Origin: an uncultured beta proteobacterium
GTDB lineage: Bacteria; Pseudomonadota; Gammaproteobacteria; Burkholderiales; Burkholderiaceae
Assembly (NCBI GenBank): GCA_903845455.1
Contig: CAIMXN010000304.1
Span: 1-54,792, forward strand
Direction: 5' to 3'
DNA length: 54,792 nt
Shown here piece after piece: positions 36,358-44,544 of the stretch (position 1 is its first letter; every line of letters begins with the position of its first letter). The notes under the pieces are model-generated. The model searched no databases, was not told the DNA's origin, and saw only the letters and a program-made list of their open reading frames with translations. Both the position numbers and the translations under genes were made by a program.

Positions 36358-38040
36358 ATGAATAATCCTTTGCAGCCGTTGCTACGGTACTTTATTGATT
36401 TATTGAGCAAGTACTCCATTAAACAGGAGGACGTTATCGGGGTCGATATCACCCCAAATTACATCCGTGTTGCTCAGTTAACCGAAGACCATGGCAAATG
36501 GCTTTTGGAAAAAGTAGGATCGAAGTATGTCAGCGATCATGCAAGCTTGGTGGATATTCAAACCAACCAAGATTTATATGTCAACAAACTCAAAGAACTC
36601 ATTGTTGGAGCTAAATTAGAGACGCCCAATGTGGCTATCTCCATTCCGATTACCAGTGCGATTATTCGTACCGTCACTCTGCCATTAATGAGTGATGAAG
36701 AAATTGAAAGTGCGATTGAGTACGACAGTTTATGGAGCAATATTATTCAGCTTGCTGAAAAGCTTGAAGAGTACTCCATTTTTTGGCAGGTGATTCGTCG
36801 CAATGCCTCCGAAAATACGATGGAGTTGCTTTTTGTAGCTTCCAAATTATCGGAGATTAATCATTATGTCCAAATTGCTACTAAGGCAGGTTTAAATCCA
36901 GTAGTAGTGGATGTGCGTTGTTTTGCGATTCGCAATGCCCTGAAAACGCAACAATTGCGCACGCAAAAAACCATCGCCTTGATCGAGTTTGGTCCGAATG
37001 AAAATTATGTGCTGATTGTGACCGATGATGCCCCATTTATTTACGACATTTATGTCTCTGAATCTGATCGGGCATTAATCGAGAATGGTGTTCCTATTGG
37101 TGAAGCAGGGGATAGACTTTACGATCGTCTCTCTGGGCAAATTCGTCAGGCCTTTAGAGCCTACGAAACCAAAGTAGGGTCCAATTTGATTGAGAAGGTG
37201 CTGCTGGTTTCTCCTATTCCCGATACAGGTGAATTGTTGATTCAATTAAGAAACTGTCTAGATGGATATCGTGTGGAGTTATTTAACCCGCTATTGGATT
37301 TAGCGATTCCAGCAAACTTACAAGACAAGATTGGCTCTGAGAAAAATAGCTCCCTCTTTAGTTCTGCATTAGGACTGGCTACTCGTAAAGTAGATATTTT
37401 TGGTTATTACAAATATGTCACTGGGGTCAACAACGTCAACTTATTGCCCAATAAGGACAATGTCCGGCGTGCCGAGAAAAAGAAAATTCTTTCTAAACTA
37501 GGTATAGGTGCGGCGGCAGCTGCCCTCGTGTTGTTTGTGATGTTTACCTTGCTAAACCAAATATTGTCCTCAGGCACCACCGATCCCCAATACCAAAAGG
37601 CAGTGCGCTTAGAGGAAGATGTCAGACTCAAAGAATCTATTCTGACAAAGCTGACAGCGCAGAAGGCACGTTACAGTCAAATGTTGCAAGCTAGTAGTGA
37701 AATTAAATCAAATCAGGCGACTACCTACGCATTGTTAAATGCCGTCAATGGTGTTGTGCCAGGGGGTGTGTGGTTTACGGAGTTAACTTTTGAGAACCCA
37801 ACGACCTTGAACATTAAGGGCGATGCCGTGAATGATCAAGTGATTGTCAATTTGGTTGATCGCCTGCAAGGTCTACCCATGATTGCCCATGCCTCATTAA
37901 GCACGATGGCTCTGAATAGCGCTCCACAAAATAGCCAGCGGAAGGGCGCAGGCAGCTACAAGCAATTTCAGGTTAAATGTGTACTGAAATTAGATGTTCC
38001 CAGTGGAGATTCAGCCAAGTTACCGCCAAAGCGATTATAA
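36358..38040 (+). CDS. pilMN: PilM-PilN fusion protein
   Basis: Actin-like PilM part (VIGVDI, ALGLATR) continues in frame through VNLLP, a TM helix and a PilN domain (VPGGVWFTEL, IKGDA). Confidence 0.85.
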   Translation: MNNPLQPLLRYFIDLLSKYSIKQEDVIGVDITPNYIRVAQLTEDHGKWLLEKVGSKYVSDHASLVDIQTNQDLYVNKLKELIVGAKLETPNVAISIPITSAIIRTVTLPLMSDEEIESAIEYDSLWSNIIQLAEKLEEYSIFWQVIRRNASENTMELLFVASKLSEINHYVQIATKAGLNPVVVDVRCFAIRNALKTQQLRTQKTIALIEFGPNENYVLIVTDDAPFIYDIYVSESDRALIENGVPIGEAGDRLYDRLSGQIRQAFRAYETKVGSNLIEKVLLVSPIPDTGELLIQLRNCLDGYRVELFNPLLDLAIPANLQDKIGSEKNSSLFSSALGLATRKVDIFGYYKYVTGVNNVNLLPNKDNVRRAEKKKILSKLGIGAAAAALVLFVMFTLLNQILSSGTTDPQYQKAVRLEEDVRLKESILTKLTAQKARYSQMLQASSEIKSNQATTYALLNAVNGVVPGGVWFTELTFENPTTLNIKGDAVNDQVIVNLVDRLQGLPMIAHASLSTMALNSAPQNSQRKGAGSYKQFQVKCVLKLDVPSGDSAKLPPKRL

Positions 38041-38046
38041 AAAGAT

Positions 38047-39267
38047 ATGAACTTCTCTGAACTTAAAAATATAGACCTTGGCGCACTCCTGAAGGGTGCG
38101 CTCACCAAAAATTCCTCAGTCACTGGCCCCCAAGCCAAGATGATTTTGTGGGGCGCCTTTGGCACGCTCTTATTTATTGCTTATATTGTTTTCTTCTTTA
38201 TGCCTTATTTGGCTGAGCGAGAGCAAATTCAGCAAAAGATCGCCGCTATTCCTGAGATGGAAGCCAAAATTAAATATTTTGATGTGGTCAATAAAAAGGC
38301 TCAGGAAGATTTATTTCAGGCTGAAATGAGTTACATGGAGCTCAACCGTTTATTTAGCGTGGAATCTGAATTAGAGAATTTATATCAGCGCTTAAGTCAG
38401 ATGGCTACTTCACAAGGTCTGGTGATCAGTTCGCTATCAACCGACGGTGAAGAAGCAGTTTATGCCGGGGGCAGAACCACCCCTCCAGGTCAGCCAATTC
38501 CGGGAGCTGCTGGCGTGCCGCCAGCACCCATCGCAGCAGGCGCTCCTGCCACACCTGCACCTATCCCGCTTTTTTATCGGATCAAACTCAAAGTCGAGTT
38601 AACAGGAAACTACAACCGCTATATGCGGTATCGCAAGTTGTTGGCTGGATTTGAAAAAACTGTCAATATTGATAAGGAACAAATTATCTTGATCAGTGGT
38701 GACAGCCATGGCATGGTGCAAGTGAAATCCCAGCTCTCGACTTATCGTTTGCCACAAAAATTACAAGCCAAAGCTTCTACTTCTCACTTCCTATTACGGG
38801 CTCTGGATTTTGCGTTTGGAAATTTAGTGAGTCATGCTAGCGCCGCTACGAAACAGGAAACAGCTGCTGGATTATTAAAGAATGAGCAGGTGGTCGTAGA
38901 ACCTCCGATAACAGATAGTGCACGTGTCAATGATCGGGACCCTTTTTCAAAATCCTCTAGTGGGATGATCGAAGGCGGTCGAGATCCGCGTTACTCCCCA
39001 TTGCTGATGGCTGATCCACAGTCTTATGTCATCATGGGCGTCGTGGTTTCAAGCTCAGTTAAGGCAGCAATGATTAGGACAGATTTTAGGGAAAGCTTTG
39101 TGGTGCGGGTGGGTGATCGCTTAGGAAATCAAGGTGGGGTCATTGCCGATATTGACATGGACGGCATTATTTTGCGTCAGCCCTCTGGCAAGATTCGTTT
39201 ATATCTGCAGTCGCAAGCAGGACAGTTTCCTCCTGTCGATCCTAGCAAGTCTGGGGGCGCAAGATGA
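38047..39267 (+). CDS. PilO-PilP fusion protein
   Basis: PilO part (TM, coiled coil, FYRIKLKVELTGNY) continues in frame into PilP motifs RDPF and VRVGDRLGNQGGVIADI. Confidence 0.8.
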   Translation: MNFSELKNIDLGALLKGALTKNSSVTGPQAKMILWGAFGTLLFIAYIVFFFMPYLAEREQIQQKIAAIPEMEAKIKYFDVVNKKAQEDLFQAEMSYMELNRLFSVESELENLYQRLSQMATSQGLVISSLSTDGEEAVYAGGRTTPPGQPIPGAAGVPPAPIAAGAPATPAPIPLFYRIKLKVELTGNYNRYMRYRKLLAGFEKTVNIDKEQIILISGDSHGMVQVKSQLSTYRLPQKLQAKASTSHFLLRALDFAFGNLVSHASAATKQETAAGLLKNEQVVVEPPITDSARVNDRDPFSKSSSGMIEGGRDPRYSPLLMADPQSYVIMGVVVSSSVKAAMIRTDFRESFVVRVGDRLGNQGGVIADIDMDGIILRQPSGKIRLYLQSQAGQFPPVDPSKSGGAR

Positions 39268-40826
39268 ACAGTATGAAGACTATGTTCACCTACCTTTCTC
39301 TTGGGTTGCTAATGGTGTTAGCAGGCTGTCAAAACAGTTCTTTGCCACCGCAATCGAACGCACAAATGCGTGAAAAAATGGGCTTAGACCCAGAGCAAAT
39401 CATGAATGAGCTTGCTCCTAAAACCCAGAGGACTCTAGAAATTGGTCCCAAAATTGATAAGAAGCCTAATGAGGAATTGGATGCTCAAAGGCGTCACTTC
39501 ATCAACGAGTCACAGCGCACCGAAGATGGCAAATGGAAGTCATTTAATGTGACCTTAAATTTTGTGGATGTGGATATTCGCGAACTGGCTCAAGCAATGA
39601 CTCAGGTATCGGGTGTCAATATTCTGGTGGGAGATGAGGTTGAGGGGACGGTCACTGTCAAAATTTCTAACGTACCCTGGGACCGCGCGCTCGATAATAT
39701 TTTGCGTATCAAGGGTTTGTCAAAGAGTGTCGATAGTGAAGCTGGCATTATTCGGATTCAAAGACCGGAGACCGTACTTGCTCGAGACGAGTTTGAGCGC
39801 AAGCGTTTAGAAGAAGTGAGTAAGCAGCTAGCAGCTAAAAGGATTATCAGTACCCAATATACGGAAATTTTCCGCCTGTATTACACCAAGCCTGCAAAGG
39901 TGAAGTCTCAGTTAGAAGCCATTTTTGGGGGCTCGGGTCCGGCTGGTGCTGTGCTGGTGAGGCCACCTGGCGGCATTATTGAGATTACTACTGATGAGCG
40001 TATTAACTCCGTCATTATTAAAGGTACTAAAAGTGAGATGGAGTTAGCGGCTAAGTTGATTTCAAAACTAGATATCCGCACACAGGAAGTATTAATTGAG
40101 GCTTTTGTAGTTGAGGCAAGCGACAACTGGCAGCAAGAACTGGGTGTGCGTTTGGGCGCTTATGCCAATGTGAACTCTGGTCCGACATCGATCGGTGGGG
40201 TTGGGGTTGCAGGCCCTAATAGCGCGGCAAGTAATCTTGCCTTAGGCACAGCGGCGGGATCTGTCTTCAATCAACCTGTCACCGGTCTAGCCAATCCGTT
40301 TGGTTTGGGTTACTTGTATCAAACCACAGCAAACGCCTTAAAGGTGGAGTTGACTGCCTTAGAGCAATTAGATCTCTTGAAAATTGTTTCGAATCCACAT
40401 GTATTCACAATGGATAACGAAGAAGCTGTTGTCATTGATGGTGTGCAAATTCCATACCCTGTTCCAGGAGTTGGAACCAATCAGATCACTTACGAATTTA
40501 AAGATGCCGCACTGAAATTAACCGTCACTCCAAGCGTAGTAGGCGATGGTAATTTGTATTTAAATATGATTGTGAATAAAGACTCTCCAAATTACAGTAC
40601 AACTCCGCCTTCCATTAATAAGCGCGAAGTCAGAAGTAAGCTGTTAATTAAGGATGGAACGATTGCGGTGATTGGCGGTATCTACGATCAAACGCAAGAA
40701 AACCAAGTCATTAAAGTACCTTTGTTAGGTGATATTCCTTTCTTGGGCGCCTTATTTAGATACAACAAAAAAGTAGATAACAAGACGCAGTTGCTGGTCT
40801 TTATTGCACCTAAGGTCTTGAACTAG
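39264..40826 (+). CDS. pilQ: Type IVa secretin PilQ (lipoprotein, no AMIN domains)
   Basis: Lipobox VLAGC; TLNFVDVDIR, NVPWDRALD, VLIEAFVVEA, IAVIGGIY, KVPLLGDIPFLGALFR. Confidence 0.93.
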   Translation: MNSMKTMFTYLSLGLLMVLAGCQNSSLPPQSNAQMREKMGLDPEQIMNELAPKTQRTLEIGPKIDKKPNEELDAQRRHFINESQRTEDGKWKSFNVTLNFVDVDIRELAQAMTQVSGVNILVGDEVEGTVTVKISNVPWDRALDNILRIKGLSKSVDSEAGIIRIQRPETVLARDEFERKRLEEVSKQLAAKRIISTQYTEIFRLYYTKPAKVKSQLEAIFGGSGPAGAVLVRPPGGIIEITTDERINSVIIKGTKSEMELAAKLISKLDIRTQEVLIEAFVVEASDNWQQELGVRLGAYANVNSGPTSIGGVGVAGPNSAASNLALGTAAGSVFNQPVTGLANPFGLGYLYQTTANALKVELTALEQLDLLKIVSNPHVFTMDNEEAVVIDGVQIPYPVPGVGTNQITYEFKDAALKLTVTPSVVGDGNLYLNMIVNKDSPNYSTTPPSINKREVRSKLLIKDGTIAVIGGIYDQTQENQVIKVPLLGDIPFLGALFRYNKKVDNKTQLLVFIAPKVLN

Positions 40827-40828
40827 CA

Positions 40829-42658
40829 ATGACTTCACTGCTTGATGTATCACATGAAATGGCACGGTTTACTTTGGATCGTGGTCTAGTAAACCCAGTA
40901 GATTATCGACAGGCAGAGTTACAAAGTCGACAAAGCGGGCAGCATTTGTATCAAGTTTTGGTTAATTCCAAATTCATTAGTGATGCAAGCGTTAAAGAAA
41001 GTCTTTCAAGTTATTTAGATTTGCCTTTGACGCCATCTGCAGTGGTGGATGATGTAGCAGCCCATTTTGTCGATGTCATCCCCAAAAATTATGTCATTGA
41101 TAATCGCATCATTCCTTTTTCGATCAGCGATGCCGAAATTAAGGTGGCGATTTCTGAGCCTAGCGCCCTGAGAGGGATTTCTAGTGCGAAGCTCATTACC
41201 GGTAAAAAAATTTACGCCACCATCGTTTCTCCTTTAGAAATGGAGAAATTGCTGCACATTGTCAAAACAAGAACCCCCACAAAAGACCCTGTTGATTTCC
41301 GTTTAAGTGCCCCTATCAGTGGCAGTAGCAATTCGACTGCGATTGAGTTAAAGGATGGCTTAAAGGTTAAGAAGAAGCCAGGAGCACTCTTTGGAGAAAA
41401 AGAGCTAAAAGCAGCCGCACCTGAAAAAAGTGCTGCCAAGCAAAAGCCTATTGCTGGATTAGCACCTGCCGAAGAGCAGGGTGGGCAAATTATCTTAATT
41501 GTGAATGCCATTATTTTTGATGCAGTGAATAAGGGCGCAAGTGATATTCATATTGAGCTCTATAAAGACGTCGCTACATTGCGCTATCGTATTGACGGTG
41601 TTCTGCAAGAGGTAGTTGAGTACAAAGAATTCTTGTATGCCAATTATTCAGCTATCACTACGCGTATCAAAATCATGGCCTCGCTTGATATTTCTGAAAG
41701 ACGTTTGCCGCAGGATGGCGCGATTGTGACTGCCTTGCCCAATAATCGAGATATTGATTTGCGCGTCTCGATTTTGCCCACTGTGTTTGGCGAACGGGTT
41801 GTGATGCGTATTTTGGATCGCGAAGGCGTTGCTTTTGATCTGGACAGGCTGGGCTTCCCAGAAAAAGAATACAAGGATGTGATTGCTGCAATTGATGCAT
41901 CCCAAGGTATGGTCTTGGTTACTGGCCCAACCGGCTCTGGTAAGTCGACGACTTTATATGGTGCCTTACGACGCCTCAATAAACCGGGTATCAATATTCT
42001 GACTGCCGAAGATCCCGTGGAATTTACGGTTGAGGGCATCGGTCAGGTACAAATTCGTGATGATATTGGTTTGGGTTTTTCGCAGGCGCTCAGATCGTTT
42101 TTGCGTCAGGATCCTGAGGTCATTTTAGTCGGTGAGATTCGCGATAAGGATACTGCTGACATCTCGATTAAGGCTGCCTTGACCGGCCATTTGGTGTTAT
42201 CGACTCTTCATGCGAACGATGCGATTAGTACGATTGTGCGTTTGGTCAACATGGGTATTCCAGGGTACTTAATTGGGGCAGCCCTAACGCTGGTGATTGC
42301 CCAAAGGCTGGCTAGAAAAATTTGCCCCCATTGCAAACATGAGCATGAGGGAAATCATCAGGCGATATTGTTGGATTTAGGTTTTAGTGCTGAGGAAGCT
42401 CTCACAGTTAAACCATTGATTGGCAGTGGCTGCGATAAATGCAACAACACCGGCTATAAAGGCCGCCAAGGTATCTATGAAGTATTGAAAGTCAGCGATC
42501 ATCTGAGAGCTGCCATTATTGATAATGCGGCAGCGACTGTCTTGAAGGATATTGCTGCTCAGGATGGCTTTCGGAATATTCAGGAAATAGGGCGCGACAT
42601 GATTAAAGATGGGCGTTTGACTATCGAAGAGTATCAGCGCAACCTGATTTTTCACTGA
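40829..42658 (+). CDS. pilB: Pilus extension ATPase PilB
   Basis: ASDIHIE, LDISERRLPQDG, GPTGSGKSTTLY, LRQDPEVILVGEIRD, tetra-Cys CPHC..CDKC. Confidence 0.95.
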   Translation: MTSLLDVSHEMARFTLDRGLVNPVDYRQAELQSRQSGQHLYQVLVNSKFISDASVKESLSSYLDLPLTPSAVVDDVAAHFVDVIPKNYVIDNRIIPFSISDAEIKVAISEPSALRGISSAKLITGKKIYATIVSPLEMEKLLHIVKTRTPTKDPVDFRLSAPISGSSNSTAIELKDGLKVKKKPGALFGEKELKAAAPEKSAAKQKPIAGLAPAEEQGGQIILIVNAIIFDAVNKGASDIHIELYKDVATLRYRIDGVLQEVVEYKEFLYANYSAITTRIKIMASLDISERRLPQDGAIVTALPNNRDIDLRVSILPTVFGERVVMRILDREGVAFDLDRLGFPEKEYKDVIAAIDASQGMVLVTGPTGSGKSTTLYGALRRLNKPGINILTAEDPVEFTVEGIGQVQIRDDIGLGFSQALRSFLRQDPEVILVGEIRDKDTADISIKAALTGHLVLSTLHANDAISTIVRLVNMGIPGYLIGAALTLVIAQRLARKICPHCKHEHEGNHQAILLDLGFSAEEALTVKPLIGSGCDKCNNTGYKGRQGIYEVLKVSDHLRAAIIDNAAATVLKDIAAQDGFRNIQEIGRDMIKDGRLTIEEYQRNLIFH

Positions 42659-42670
42659 TAGCCACCAGCC

Positions 42671-43918
42671 ATGCCAGACTTCGCTTGGAAAGGTATTAAA
42701 AATACCCAGTACTTAAATGGAACGATCAATGCACTCACTCGGGATGAGGCAGCATTTAAGCTCAAAGAAGATGGCATTATCATCACTGCGCTGGCAAAGC
42801 AAAGTCGGGAAGGTGAAAAAAAGGACGGCAAGCTAGTTCCAAAGTTCAACTTCAAGTTTGCTTTGCCAAGAAAAGTCAAACTCGTCAAGATCATGATCGC
42901 AACGAAAAAAATGGCCACCATGTTGCGCTCAGGATTGGCTATTCTGCCCTCTCTAGAAATGGTGCGTGATCAAGTCGATGATTCGCTGCTGAAGAAAACC
43001 ATCAGTGAGATTTATCAAGACGTTGAAGCAGGGTCAAGCTTATCCAAGGCATTTGGAAAGCATCCAGAGGTGTTTGACCCTATTTATATCAACCTAGTAC
43101 GAGCAGGAGAATCGAGCGGTAGCTTAGATATCTTTTTGGACAAATTGGTTTTGAGTATTCGGAAAACGATCAAAATTCGCAAGAGTATTCAATCGGCATT
43201 GCTCTATCCAACAATCTTGTTGGTTGTGGCTACGATTGTGTTGGCGATCATGATGATTTTTGTAGTGCCTGTTTTTGCCAACATGTTTGGTAGCATTGGT
43301 TCACAACTGCCAGCCCCGACGCTTATGATTGTCAATCTGAGTAATTTCATTCGCGATCCCCTGGGCGGTGGCGTGCTTGTGGTGATTTTGGTGAGTAGCT
43401 TCATCGCATTTCGGATAATCTTAAAGCGCAGTTTGCCAATTCGTAGAAAATGGCATCGATTCATTTTGCGGATCCCATTAATTGGCGATATGGCCTTGAA
43501 TTCCAATATTGCTCAGGTTGCCATGGTTTATGGAAACTTAACCAATGCAGGGGTACCTGTAATTGAGGCTTTGGATATTACTGCTGAGTCGAGTAAAAAC
43601 GAAATTATAAAAGACGGTATTCAAGCAGCCAAAAGAGGCGTATTTTCAGGAGAGCCTCTATCTGAGCTTTTGGGAAAAATTAAAATATTTCCGAGTGCGT
43701 TTTCTCAGCTGGTCTCAGTTGGAGAGCAAACCGGCAATATGAGTGAGATGCTTGAGACGATTAGTAGTTACTATGAGGAAGAATTTGATACTTCCGTCGA
43801 TAAAATGTCGCAAATGATGGAGCCAATCATGATCTGCTTTTTAGGCGGTGTGATTGGATTTATTCTGGTTGCTATGTATCTGCCCATCTTTAAGATGGGG
43901 CAAATCGTTACAGGCTAA
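42671..43918 (+). CDS. pilC: Platform protein PilC (GspF family)
   Basis: AGESSGSL, SALLYP, VGEQTG, MMEPI, AMYLPIF. Confidence 0.95.
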   Translation: MPDFAWKGIKNTQYLNGTINALTRDEAAFKLKEDGIIITALAKQSREGEKKDGKLVPKFNFKFALPRKVKLVKIMIATKKMATMLRSGLAILPSLEMVRDQVDDSLLKKTISEIYQDVEAGSSLSKAFGKHPEVFDPIYINLVRAGESSGSLDIFLDKLVLSIRKTIKIRKSIQSALLYPTILLVVATIVLAIMMIFVVPVFANMFGSIGSQLPAPTLMIVNLSNFIRDPLGGGVLVVILVSSFIAFRIILKRSLPIRRKWHRFILRIPLIGDMALNSNIAQVAMVYGNLTNAGVPVIEALDITAESSKNEIIKDGIQAAKRGVFSGEPLSELLGKIKIFPSAFSQLVSVGEQTGNMSEMLETISSYYEEEFDTSVDKMSQMMEPIMICFLGGVIGFILVAMYLPIFKMGQIVTG

Positions 43919-43923
43919 GTGCA

Positions 43924-44544
43924 ATGATTTATTCTTTACCTGCGAAGACTATTTTCATTTTCAGTGCTCTGCTGTTCCAGGCTGGAGTCTCTAGCGCGCT
44001 AGCTGCCAATCAAAAGTATGAAGATATTTCATTGGCCAATCGCTATGAGCTTAGACAATCCCTAGCATCTGAAATCAATACTATTAGTTCGTTTCAATCA
44101 GCGCGGCTGGCTGTGAATTGGATCGCATATCAGTCCCGCAATCTTGCAGGCAAAATTCCCAATGAGTCTGTTCGTCGAGAATGGCTGCGGATGGTGCACT
44201 ATGAGGCCATCAGATATAAGCTCGATCCAGATTTGGTTTTAGCACTGATTGAGGTTGAAAGTGGCTTTAATCGATTTGCCCTATCTAAGGTGGGTGCTAG
44301 CGGTCTGATGCAGGTAATGCCATTTTGGAAAGATTTGATTGGTGATACGCGCGATTCATTATTTGATGTGAGAACGAACCTGCGCTATGGTTGCATTATC
44401 CTGAAGCACTATTTAGATATGGAAAACCAAAATCTTACCCGGGGCTTAGCTAGATATAATGGTAGCCTTGGTGAGGATCTGTATCCCAATATGGTTATGG
44501 CCGTTTGGCATTCTAAATATCATTATCTAGAAAGTTCAAATTGA
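43924..44544 (+). CDS. Soluble lytic transglycosylase (SLT domain)
   Basis: LIEVESGF, GASGLMQVMP, NLRYG, LARYNG; signal peptide. Confidence 0.9.
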   Translation: MIYSLPAKTIFIFSALLFQAGVSSALAANQKYEDISLANRYELRQSLASEINTISSFQSARLAVNWIAYQSRNLAGKIPNESVRREWLRMVHYEAIRYKLDPDLVLALIEVESGFNRFALSKVGASGLMQVMPFWKDLIGDTRDSLFDVRTNLRYGCIILKHYLDMENQNLTRGLARYNGSLGEDLYPNMVMAVWHSKYHYLESSN

